Positions 53,401-64,000 of a stretch of 64,000 nucleotides of DNA are shown here, one piece after another (positions within the stretch are counted from its first letter, which is position 1; each line of letters starts with the position of its first letter). Origin of the DNA: Octopus sinensis (lineage: Eukaryota); the NCBI RefSeq assembly GCF_006345805.1, contig NW_021832599.1:1-64000 (forward strand). Reading direction: 5' to 3'. Below the pieces are notes generated by a model. That model had not been told where the DNA came from and did not search any database. It worked only from the letters and a program-made list of their open reading frames with translations. The translations under genes were made by a program, and so were the position numbers.

Positions 53401-54007
53401 AGAACAAGACGAAAATACCGCAGCACATCGATCAAGTGGGCTAAATCTGGCTGTCAGAGATGCAGAACAAGACGAAAATACCGCAGCACGTCGATCAAGT
53501 GGGCTAAATCTGGCTGTCAGACATGCAGAACAAGACGAAAATACCGCAGCACATCGATCAAGTGGGCTAAATCTGGCTGTCAGACATGCAGAACAAGACG
53601 AAAATACCGCAGCACGTCGATCAAGTGGGCTAAATCTGGCTGTCAGACATGCAGAACAAGACGAAAATACCGCAGCACGTCGATCAAGTGGGCTAAATCT
53701 GGCTGTCAGAGATGCAGAACAAGACGAAAATACCGCAGCACATCGATCAAGTGGGCTAAATCTGGCTGTCAGAGATGCAGAACAAGACGAAAATACCGCA
53801 GCACGTCGATCAAGTGGGCTAAATCTGGCTGTCAGAGATGCAGAACAAGACGAAAATACCGCAGCACGTCGATCAAGAAGTTCTCCTACAGTTAGAGCTA
53901 CCGAACAAACCTATAACACTCGAGCACGACCGCGAGGTAGGCCAGCTCAATCGAAGATTATGAGCTACAAAATATTTCCCTCGCCGATAGTGAAATCGAT
54001 GAAATGA
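50417..54007 (+). CDS. Helitron RepHel-derived N-terminal ORF with ~52 x 21-aa repeats and an AT-hook; six 1-nt frameshifts as assembled
   Basis: MTPKLKSSIGRKTRNAA..., repeat VRDAEQDENTAARRSSGLNLA, then RARPRGRP. Six single-base homopolymer deletions (~50927, 51048, 51300, 52715, 52903, 53088) restore the original frame; corrected length would be ~1198 aa. Confidence 0.6.
50585..53877 (+). repeat. 63-bp minisatellite, ~52 highly homogeneous copies, no spacers
   Basis: Unit gatgcagaacaagacgaaaataccgcagcacgtcgatcaagtgggctaaatctggctgtcaga; period 63 (e.g. 50630 to 50693); three recurrent SNP sites. Confidence 0.97.
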
Positions 54008-54025
54008 TCAGAGATTATAACTTAA

Positions 54026-54877
54026 TTGCAGTGCAAGATAGATTTTGACGAAAATAAGGTCCCAGTATCACACCGGTCTCACAGCTGTGGCAGTTTTGGA
54101 GATTATATATGCTCGCATTGCAAAGCGAAATACTGGCCTGCTGAACCAATTTCCCTGTGCTGTGAAAAAAAGAAAGTTGAAGTTGAGCCTATTCCAAATC
54201 TATCAGATGACTAGCACTATGACCCGGCAACGCTGGGTCATAGTTCTAGTGAATGCATATAAAGCTGCATGCGTGCACACATACACGCGAGTACTGTCCA
54301 AATCTCCGACCAATCACATACAGCTAGCTGGCATTCAAATGGCGTATCAAGTTTCGGGCATTTTGAGATGGGTTTTAGATAGAAAATTCAAAAAAAAAGT
54401 CACTTCTATTGATTTTTTATGGCTTTGCGGAGTGACTGGGGAAATGTAAAGATGTCCACGTCCACCCTTAGACAGTTTTGAATGACCATAGAAAGTGCGA
54501 GCCCTCTAACTGAAAAATTGTGGATTTGTATAAAGGACACGCACACAGACACACACAGAGACATTTTGCCGTTTATATATATAGAGATATTGAAATTATG
54601 GGCCGATGGCAGATTTATAACAAAAATTCGATCATACAACAAAACACTTGCATTTGCTTCAATTGAATGCAAAATTGATAGTTAGTCATGCGGATTTAAT
54701 CCAGCATTCAATATACAAGGTAAGGGCCAGACTCTGGATCGCGTCGGTGTGTTTCTATCCTCTCCGATGTTCATGTACGGTCAGCTGTATGTCGCAATGA
54801 GTAGGGCAACGGATTCAGCTAATTTGAAACTTAGTTGTGGACAAACGGAGAATATTGTTTACAAAGAGGTTTTGTAA
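54026..54877 (+). pseudogene. Helitron Zn-finger region (interrupted) fused in frame to the helicase C-terminus
   Basis: Same frame throughout: ...CCEKKKVEVEPIPNLSD[insert]EILKLWADGRFITKIRSYNKTLAFASIECKIDS*SCGFNPAFNIQGKGQTLDRVG...KEVL*; HUH Rep and helicase core are absent. Confidence 0.85.
54211..54585 (-). mobile_element. Mini-Helitron (375 bp) nested antisense in the large Helitron's Zn-finger coding region
   Basis: Minus strand TCTATATATATAAACGG ... GACCCAGCGTTGCCGGGTCATAGTGCTAG|T; removing it restores codons GAT GAG ATA TTG. Confidence 0.88.
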
Positions 54878-55018
54878 AGACAGTACCATGAATGTGTTAT
54901 GTAAATGTTTATATATTGTTCAATAAGGTACACTATATAGTTTGGCACTCTCAAATACAATGAATAAAAATAAGCACATTACAACTTAAAATGTCTCGAT
55001 TTGCATCCTGTCCTCGTC

Positions 55019-55119
55019 ACCCATCGTAGATGGGTAAGTTTGCTAGTCTAAGTAACTTTGCTAGTAAGTTTGCTAGTCTAAGTAACTTTGCTAGTAAGTT
55101 TGCTAGTCTAAGTAACTAG
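55019..55119 (+). terminator. Helitron 3' hairpin/CTAG followed by ~2.8 copies of a 30-bp unit
   Basis: Hairpin 55019-55035; unit taagtttgctagtctaagtaactttgctag; CTAG at 55043, 55061, 55073, 55091, 55103, 55116. Confidence 0.8.
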
Positions 55120-56325
55120 GAGACAAAAATACTCTCTTAAATCAAAAAGCAATTTATTGGATGTTTATATAAATCTATTGTTTTAAATGAGGGTTTCTGG
55201 GTGTTTCATAAGCTACTGTTTATTGGAGTAGTGAACTGTGCTTTTCTCAGAAGTATTAGCGACATAAAAAAAAACCGAAGGTGTATTTATCGAACTACGT
55301 TGTACCGCCATGTTTTTCCATTGTTGGTCGAAGACTAAAGACTGGTTTCTTTTGGAATTACAGAAATATACAAATGAATGTAAACCTAATTACTTATGTC
55401 ATAACTGATGATATTGTCTTCAGTAAGTATATTTAATATGTAGAAAAGGATAGCCTTAATCCAGTGGTCTGTTTAATCCCTACTGTCCGATCAATAGGTA
55501 TCTTTAGCAGAATCCACTTTGTTATTCCACTTATGACACCGGTTTGAAAATACCGGAACATATTAAAAAAATGTAAATAAGCATGTCATACTAAAATCAG
55601 ATATATTGTTCATTACTTATGTTAACCAAGTAAGGACAACTCTACATGTTTCACCTTTGTTAAAACTCTTTAGTAAAAGTTTAGCCTCACTGTAAATTAA
55701 CTTCATCAAATTTTTAAGTAAATAGCCTAAAATGTATATCTGTTATGGTGTAGCAAGAGATTTGCTGTAAAAACACATTAATCATTCACATAAGTTATAG
55801 TCTCGCGAAGTATAAGTGTATTCTAGAAGAGGTAGCACATGTGGTGAAGGCACTTCTCTTGTTCCCTCGAAAACAAGTCGTTACATTTGGTCTCTCACTA
55901 TCACTTATATCTCACCTGTGGCTCCAAAAAGCTGTAACATGCAAAGCGACAAGATCCCATCAAATATCTTTGTCAAGAGGACTGAATAAACATAATGAGA
56001 ATAAAGGGGGTTGGGTAAGAGCATATCTACCCTAACATGTAAAAATAGTCTCTGGTGGACAAAGAAGAACGGTAAGTCCAACGGTCAAGAATTTTACTGA
56101 ACGCCGATAGCACATTGACACATTATAAATGTCCTGGTCATCAGTCACAGCATCCGGACTTGTCTCCGGCCGTTCTAACTTCATCTTGATTCTGAATCAA
56201 GACTGACCAGGACATGAGTGCGAGGTTTTTCCCCCCTTAAGTTATACAATATCATGGTCTAAATCCTAAAGAAGGATGGATAAATAGAATAGTTTGAGTG
56301 AATGGAAACATAGATTCAGTTAAAA

Positions 56326-56542
56326 TGAGGGGTTGCTGAAAAGTTCCTGGCTTTAAGGGTGTCACGAAAGGCCTGGTTGGAGGCCCAGCCTTCCGAGTTC
56401 TTTCATAGGGATCAGAAAAACTGAAGGACTGCTGTAATAAGTGTATGAACCTGAGAGGGGAATTCGCCGAATAAAATTATTTCTGACTGATCCACCCGTA
56501 TTTTCTTTTACCCAAAGTCAGGAACTTTTCAGCACACCCTCT
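56326..56542. mobile_element. Mariner-derived MITE
   Basis: TIRs gaggggttgctgaaaagttcctg / caggaacttttcagcacaccctc; homolog of 13682-13837. Confidence 0.8.
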
Positions 56543-57404
56543 TATATGTTGTTGTCGCATTGCCACAAACATAAAGTCATAACCGGTTTAATCGATAGAG
56601 TGACTAACTATCAGAAGGTCGAACAGTAATATCTTACAAATAGCGATTTATTCCGCGGTTCTGATGCTGTTTTTTTTTTTTTGCGTCTTCAGATGAAAAG
56701 TCACGTTACTCTACTGGATCGTTAGATCAACATGAAATGCGTCATCAATAATGCGTGAAGAGCATGTCAGGCCGCCGGCACAGCTTAGCCCAGCAACTTG
56801 GAAATGACTTATCAGTAACAGGAAATGACTTATCAAAGAATCGAACTCGATGAGCAGATTCCGTTTGCCGAGCATTTACTACACATTTTCAGCATTTGCC
56901 AAAGTCTAACGCACTCAGTTGTGGCTAACTGATTAAACACAGGGATCATCAAAGCTACACAAGATTGACAATCCTATTGTTTTGAGAGTATCTGGGACTG
57001 CATTGTCCTTACTTTTATTTAGATTGTGTCGTGTGTTTTAAGGGAGATTTAGCCTCTATTTTCAGCATCGTCATTCGAAGCATGTGTTGTCCCAGCAGTA
57101 GTGAAGCCCTAAGTTTATATAAAACTTGCAGGCGCCTTTTTTAAACATTTTACTCCACAAAAATGAAAATCATGTCTTTTCATTATTTTGAGGTCTCCGA
57201 AAATTGCGACCCCTTAATATTTAAATTGCTTAAATCAGACCCTGTGTCCAACAATTTATTGTTGCACTGTCCCTTATTATTCAATAGTCTTTTATATCAA
57301 CATCACGCTTACCAATACCCCATCTTCATAAACATGAACTTTCTTACCCAACCCATAAACACGACTTTCCACGCCTCATTTTCAATCCTCGCTCAAATAC
57401 TCTT

Positions 57405-57660
57405 TACTCTCTCTTTTACTCTTTTACTTGTTTCAGTCATTTGACTGCAGCCATGCTGGAGCACCGCCTTTAGTCGAGCAAATCGACCCCGGGACTTATT
57501 CTTTGTAAGTCCAGTACTTATTCTATCGGTCTCTTTTGCCGAACCGCTAAGTGACGGGGACGTAAACACACCAGCATCGGTTGTCAAGCAATGCTAGGGG
57601 GACAAACACAGACACATAATCATATACACACACATACATATATACATACATATATATATA
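57405..57660 (-). mobile_element. SINE family B, 3' half
   Basis: (GTAAAAGA)n tail, ggcggtgctccagcatggc, internal (CA/TA)n. Confidence 0.85.
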
Positions 57661-57712
57661 TATATTATATATATATATTATATATATATATATATATTTA
57701 TTATATAGAAGG

Positions 57713-57763
57713 AGCTTCTACAGGACTAGAACTGTTTCATTCAAGAGAAATCTTCAGGAAGCT
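57713..57763 (-). ncRNA. Second type-I hammerhead ribozyme, mirror copy on the opposite strand
   Basis: Left arm of the 57696-57827 palindrome; identical except stem-III loop TTCTAGTC. Confidence 0.72.
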
Positions 57764-57810
57764 TCCTGAAGATTTCTCTTGAATGAAACAGTTCTAGACC
57801 TGTAGAAGCT
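57760..57810 (+). ncRNA. Type-I hammerhead ribozyme (minimal, PLE-type)
   Basis: Stem I AGCTTC/GAAGCT; core CTGAAGA 57766-57772; stem II T-TTC(TCTT)GAA-T; GAAA 57785-57788; stem III ACAG/CTGT with loop TTCTAGAC; NUH = GTA, predicted cleavage after 57804. Confidence 0.75.
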
Positions 57811-57893
57811 CCTTCTATATAATAAATTAATTTTACTCTGCTATGTATTGAGTACCTTATTTACTGTGGTTAACCCCGAATCAACCCGGGACC

Positions 57894-58000
<107 letters not shown>

Positions 58001-58049
58001 CATACATACATATATATATATATTATATATACACACACACATATATATA

Positions 58050-58113
<64 letters not shown>

Positions 58114-58120
<7 letters not shown>

Positions 58121-61100
58121 GGCTTAGTAAAATAAATTACTTTGCCGCATACTGAACTCATTAGAAATAGCAGCTAAAAAACTTTTTTAAAGCTATTTCT
58201 AATACTTAAAGAAAATCTCTCTCATATATAGTGTTTGCTTAATTCAACTCACAAAAGTTTGGGGGTAAGGACATCGAAAAATCAAATGCTAAGGTTATTC
58301 GAGAACGTACGTTTCAAGATTAGTCAAAACAACATTTCTATCATCGGCTCAGAAATTCCTTGGTTTGGATTTGGAAACACTGAAAATAAGAACATACCCT
58401 TTCGAAGATCTGCTCCCAACTAACAGTGCCAACAAATTCAAATAAGCAAGCGAAGAATCTCTGTTCTCCCCTTTCCACCAGCGTGGGTTAAAATCATCAA
58501 ACACTATGCTTATTTCGGTAAAATCCGAAGCATTAATCAGAGGGAGATTAATTATAATTTCAACAATTGAGGGCAAAATTAATTAATTATTAATCAATTT
58601 CACCAAGTGTTCAGTATGCAAAGGACCATTCAAGGCGAATTCAAATTATTACATTATATAAAAGGGCTTAGTAAAATAAATTACTTTGCCGCATACTGAA
58701 CTCATTAGAAATAGCAGCTAAAAAACTTTTTTAAAGCTATTTCTAATACTTAAAGAAAATCTCTCTCATATATAGTGTTTGCTTAATTCAACTCACAAAA
58801 GTTTGGGGGTAAGGACATCGAAAAATCAAATGCTAAGGTTATTCGAGAACGCACGTTTCAAGATTAGTCAAAACAACATTTCTATCATCGGCTCAGAAAT
58901 TCCTTGTTTGGATTTGGAAACACTGAAAATAAGAACATACCCTTTCGAAGATCTGCTCCCAACTAACAGTGCCAACAAATTCAAATAAGCAAGCGAAGAA
59001 TCTCTGTTCTCCCCTTTCCACCAGCGTGGGTTAAAATCATCAAACACTATGCTTATTTCGGTAAAATCCGAAGCATTAATCAGAGGGAGATTAATTATAA
59101 TTTCAACAATTGAGGGCAAAATTAATTAATTATTAATCAATTTCACCAAGTGTTCAGTATGCAAAGGGACCATTCAAGGCGAATTCAAATTATTACATTA
59201 TATAAAAGGGCTTAGTAAAATAAATTACTTTGCCGCATACTGAACTCATTAGAAATAGCAGCTAAAAAACTTTTTTAAAGCTATTTCTAATACTTAAAGA
59301 AAATCTCTCTCATATATAGTGTTTGCTTAATTCAACTCACAAAAGTTTGGGGGTAAGGACATCGAAAAATCAAATGCTAAGGTTATTCGAGAACGTACGT
59401 TTCAAGATTAGTCAAAACAACATTTCTATCATCGGCTCAGAAATTCCTTGGTTTGGATTTGGAAACACTGAAAATAAGAACATACCCTTTCGAAGATCTG
59501 CTCCCAACTAACAGTGCCAACAAATTCAAATAAGCAAGCGAAGAATCTCTGTTCTCCCCTTTCCACCAGCGTGGGTTAAAATCATCAAACACTATGCTTG
59601 TTTCGGTAAAATCCGAAGCATTAATCAGAGGGAGATTAATTATAATTTCAACAATTGAGGGCAAAATTAATTAATTATTAATCAATTTCACCAAGTGTTC
59701 AGTATGCAAAGGGACCATTCAAGGCGAATTCAAATTATTACATTATATAAAAGGCTTAGTAAAATAAATTACTTTGCCGCATACTGAACTCATTAGAAAT
59801 AGCAGCTAAAAAATTTTTTAAAGCTATTTCTAATACTTAAAGAAAATCTCTCTCATATATAGTGTTTGCTTAATTCAACTCACAAAAGTTTGGGGGTAAG
59901 GACATCGAAAAATCAAATGCTAAGGTTATTCGAGAACGTACGTTTCAAGATTAGTCAAAACAACATTTCTATCATCGGCTCAGAAATTCCTTGGTTTGGA
60001 TTTGGAAACACTGAAAATAAGAACATACCCTTTCGAAGATCTGCTCCCAACTAACAGTGCCAACAAATTCAAATAAGCAAGCGAAGAATCTCTGTTCTCC
60101 CCTTTCCACCAGCGTGGGTTAAAATCATCAAACACTATGCTTATTTCGGTAAAATCCGAAGCATTAATCAGAGGGAGATTAATTATAATTTCAACAATTG
60201 AGGGCAAAATTAATTAATTATTAATCAATTTCACCAAGTGTTCAGTATGCAAAGGGACCATTCAAGGCGAATTCAAATTATTACATTATATAAAAGGGCT
60301 TAGTAAAATAAATTACTTTGCCGCATACTGAACTCATTAGAAATAGCAGCTAAAAAACTTTTTTAAAGCTATTTCTAATACTTAAAGAAAATCTCTCTCA
60401 TATATAGTGTTTGCTTAATTCAACTCACAAAAGTTTGGGGGTAAGGACATCGAAAAATCAAATGCTAAGGTTATTCGAGAACGTACGTTTCAAGATTAGT
60501 CAAAACAACATTTCTATCATCGGCTCAGAAATTCCTTGGTTTGGATTTGGAAACACTGAAAATAAGAACATACCCTTTCGAAGATCTGCTCCCAACTAAC
60601 AGTGCCAACAAATTCAAATAAGCAAGCGAAGAATCTCTGTTCTCCCCTTTCCACCAGCGTGGGTTAAAATCATCAAACACTATGCTTATTTCGGTAAAAT
60701 CCGAAGCATTAATCAGAGGGAGATTAATTATAATTTCAACAATTGAGGGCAAAATTAATTAATTATTAATCAATTTCACCACGCTGGTGGAAAGGGGAGA
60801 ACAGAGATTCTTCGCTTGCTTATTTGAATTTGTTGGCACTGTTAGTTGGGAGCAGATCTTCGAAAGGGTATGTTCTTATTTTCAGTGTTTCCAAATCCAA
60901 ACCAAGGAATTTCTGAGCCGATGATAGAAATGTTGTTTTGACTAATCTTGAAACGTACGTTCTCGAATAACCTTAGCATTTGATTTTTCGATGTCCTTAC
61001 CCCCAAACTTTTGTGAGTTGAATTAAGCAAACACTATATATGAGAGAGATTTTCTTTAAGTATTAGAAATAGCTTTAAAAAAGTTTTTTAGCTGCTATTT

Positions 61101-61797
61101 CTAATGAGTTCAGTATGCGGCAAAGTAATTTATTTTACTAAGCCCTTTTATATAATGTAATAATTTGAATTCGCCTTGAATGGTCCCTTTGCATACTGAA
61201 CACTTGGTGAAATTGATTAATAATTAATTAATTTTGCCCTCAATTGTTGAAATTATAATTAATCTCCCTCTGATTAATGCTTCGGATTTTACCGAAATAA
61301 GCATAGTGTTTGATGATTTTAACCCACGCTGGTGGAAAGGGGAGAACAGAGATTCTTCGCTTGCTTATTTGAATTTGTTGGCACTGTTAGTTGGGAGCAG
61401 ATCTTCGAAAGGGTATGTTCTTATTTTCAGTGTTTCCAAATCCAAACCAAGGAATTTCTGAGCCGATGATAGAAATGTTGTTTTGACTAATCTTGAAACG
61501 TACGTTCTCGAATAACCTTAGCATTTGATTTTTCGATGTCCTTACCCCCAAACTTTTGTGAGTTGAATTAAGCAAACACTATATATGAGAGAGATTTTCT
61601 TTAAGTATTAGAAATAGCTTTAAAAAAGTTTTTTAGCTGCTATTTCTAATGAGTTCAGTATGCGGCAAAGTAATTTATTTTACTAAGCCCTTTTATATAA
61701 TGTAATAATTTGAATTCGCCTTGAATGGTCCCTTTGCATACTGAACACTTGGTGAAATTGATTAATAATTAATTAATTTTGCCCTCAATTGTTGAAA
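58114..61797. repeat. 545-bp tandem array with an internal inversion, flanked by (TA)n
   Basis: Forward units at 58114, 58658, 59202, 59747, 60290 (last truncated at ~60780); then inverted partial, full and partial units to 61797; near-identical copies. Confidence 0.95.
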
Positions 61798-61837
61798 TAT
61801 ATATATATATATATATACATACATATATATACATAGA

Positions 61838-61985
61838 TACGACAGGCTTCTTTCAGTTTCCGTCGACCAAATCCACTCACAAGGGGCTATAGCAGAAGAC
61901 ACTTGACCAAGATGCCACGCAGTGGGAACCCGTAACCATGTGGTTGGTAAGCAAGCTACTTACCACACAGCCACTCCTGCACCTA
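61838..61985 (-). mobile_element. SINE family B, 5' part
   Basis: ggagtggctgtgtggtaagtagcttgc head. Confidence 0.8.
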
Positions 61986-62139
61986 TAAAAAAAATGTACG
62001 AAATTTATATAAATTCTACGTTCGAATACTTGTTACTATGGAACTTTGTACAACAACATACCTGTCAAATATAATCTTTCGCAGAATATTGTTCCTATAG
62101 ATTATTACATTTATCATATAGTAATGTTGCTTTTATCAA

Positions 62140-62520
62140 ATATCGTTTGGTATTTCATACAATATTGCCCTGAATTTAATATAAAGTTAACAGTAGAATA
62201 TGAAAACACCAGAGATGGTCTGTGTCAGCAATTAGTAATTTCTATCGAAATGTTAGGCCCTTCATCTGCATCATAACAAACCAATTTAATTTACATTGGA
62301 ATTGTTTATATTTATCGAATATTGTTTGGCGTTTCATAGAATATGGTATCTGTCGAATATAGTTTGATATTTCATAAAATACGGTATCTACCAGACATAA
62401 CTTGGCATTTCATAGAGCGTGGTACCATTGGTATTTCACAGAATACGAAATACAGTTTGTTATCAAATACAGTTTGAGATTTCATACAATATCGTAATTA
62501 TCTAATATCGTTTGGTATTT
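62140..62520 (+). repeat. Degenerate ~37-bp minisatellite
   Basis: Recurrent aatatNgtttggtatttcataNaata motif, ~7 copies. Confidence 0.55.
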
Positions 62521-63419
62521 TATATTTCGTGGATCTTGTCTGTCCGTCTCTACCGGAATCTAGTGGTTTATTTTTATAGGAAAATCTGGACGACTGCATA
62601 TGTATACACCAACGTATATATTACATGTATATGTTATTTTTACATCTATTCCCGATCTTACTCTCACATTCACAAAGCTAAGTATGCACGCATCCGTCTC
62701 CACTCTGCTCTACCCAGAAACCACGTATCTAACAATCCACTTCCTTCCTCCATTAATACTATCACTCTTGTATAATATACAACACACAAAACTATCTTTT
62801 CATATATAAAGGCATTGACCTCGAAATGTCGGCAGTTTTCCTTTCTTCAAGCCAACTAGATATATTTTCAATAACGACCACCTTTTTAACATACATAGCC
62901 ACGCATAATACATAACTGTTGAAGATGCATTCATAATTATTCTGTCTGCCTTATCCCATCTACATAAAACTAAAGAGAACTGCAACGAAAGTTCCTCGTC
63001 CATTGATCCTGAAAGGGTTTATGTAGTTTGAAGTAAGTTTTTAAGCTGCTTTTAATGAGTCGACGAGTTGATTGTAATGTGTGTGTGTGTTTGTGTGTGT
63101 GTGTATAGGATTGGTAGTAATGATGATGATGATGATACTCAATCATATCACAAATCATTAAGAGCAAAAGTAGATACATAAAGGCGATATTAGGCGTTAG
63201 AGGTTGGAAATATGCTGATTATGTCGGCGATATCAGACAATTAACGAGATTATGATGACGTAGGAGGTGGAATATATGGAATATATGTAGAAAATTCTAT
63301 TAAGGAGTTTATGAAATGGCTGCTGCTGTTGTATATCCCTAGACGAAAGGCATTCCAGCCGTGACAGACATGGTTTATCTCAGACTGTGTTAACCAAATA
63401 TGTCCTTTTTATTCTTTTA

Positions 63420-63830
63420 TTCTTCTATTCTTTTACTAGTTTAGTCATTTGATTGTGGCCATGTTGGAGCACCGCTTTAAAAGGTTTTAGTCGAAGAAAT
63501 CTACCTCAAGACTTATTCTTTGTAAGCCTAGTACTTTTGCCGAACCGCTAAGTTACGGGGACATAAACACACCAGCATCGGTTGTCAAGCGATGGCGGGG
63601 GTACCAACACAGACACACAGACACACACATACAGATACACACACATATGCACACACACACGCACACACACGACGGGTCTCTTTCAGTTTCCGTCAACCAA
63701 ATCTGCTCAAAGGTTTTGGTCGGCCCGAGGATACAGTAAAAGACACTTGCACAAGGTGTTACGCGGTGGAACTGAACCCGAAACCATGTGTCTGAGAAGC
63801 AAGCTCCTTAATACACAGCCACGCCTGCGC
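63420..63830 (-). mobile_element. SINE family B, diverged near-full-length copy
   Basis: Same head, internal (CA)n and 3' body as the other family-B copies. Confidence 0.8.
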
Positions 63831-64000
63831 CTATTTCTTCAAAAAAAAAGAAAAGAAAAAAAACCCCCAACAAAATAGAAAAGGTATAAAGTAATTCGAG
63901 ATAGTTTTGGGAGCCATATTCAGCAAGGCCAGAGATCACTTGCAGGCTGCACCATTAAATCGCATGTAAAATGCGTGAGTCAATGTGAGAGCCCCTACGT

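Larger units (their letters stand above)
49652..55046 (+). mobile_element. Internally deleted, formerly autonomous Helitron (~5.4 kb)
   Basis: Tentative 5' end TCTCACATATATAAG; RepHel N-terminus, Zn-finger CSHCKAKYW..E...CC, F...IRSYN..LAFAS, PIF1-type helicase C-terminus GQTL..VG..L..PMF..GQLYVAMSR...TENIVYKEVL; 3' hairpin ACCCATC-gta-GATGGGT then CTAG|T. Confidence 0.88.

Noticed and set aside
50585-53877. CRISPR-like regular array
   Set aside because: Units are contiguous with no unique spacers, there are no cas genes, and the context is eukaryotic; it is a coding minisatellite.
51259-53895. Alternative-frame ORFs with CxxC (KWAKSGCQRCRTRRKYRSTSI)n and minus-strand (SASLTARFSPLDRR)n
   Set aside because: By-products of a stop-free repeat unit; only the DAEQ frame is continuous with the unique Helitron-like flanks.
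58114-58658. Hammerhead core in the 545-bp unit
   Set aside because: No CTGANGA on either strand; the closest matches (CTGATTA..CCGAAAT, CTAATGAG) lack a valid stem I/II arrangement.
58235-61575. Repeated 62-aa and 75-aa ORFs in the 545-bp array
   Set aside because: Short, non-ATG starts, no recognisable domain, and broken by indels in some units.

Overview
Eukaryotic, AT-rich, gene-poor DNA saturated with microsatellites and transposon debris. The repeat families look like those I recall from octopod cephalopods (Octopus); this is recall, not a search. No intact host gene is recognisable. Almost all listed ORFs are translations of (TATG)n, (TA)n, (CA)n or (TGG)n tracts. Contents: Penelope-like element (PLE) fragments (RT at 1-1030, GIY-YIG at 36.1-37.5 kb), CR1- and L1/Tx1-type LINE fragments, Tc1/mariner and hAT remnants and MITEs, several tRNA-derived SINE families, and at least five Helitron-type elements. 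Highlights: (1) a ~5.4 kb internally deleted Helitron (49652-55046) whose ORF carries ~52 copies of a 63-bp/21-aa repeat, then an AT-hook, the Helitron Zn-finger (split by a nested mini-Helitron) and an in-frame fusion to the helicase C-terminus; (2) a 132-bp palindrome (57696-57827) encoding a complete type-I hammerhead-ribozyme fold on each strand, plus other hammerhead-like folds at 12.9, 13.9, 14.1, 42.3 and 43.3 kb; (3) a 3.7-kb array of an unidentified 545-bp unit that inverts mid-array (58114-61797); (4) multimeric and fold-back SINE arrays and a head-to-tail Helitron heterodimer. Many single-base homopolymer deletions inside the arrays suggest residual long-read consensus errors, so frameshifts and fold-backs need raw-read confirmation.
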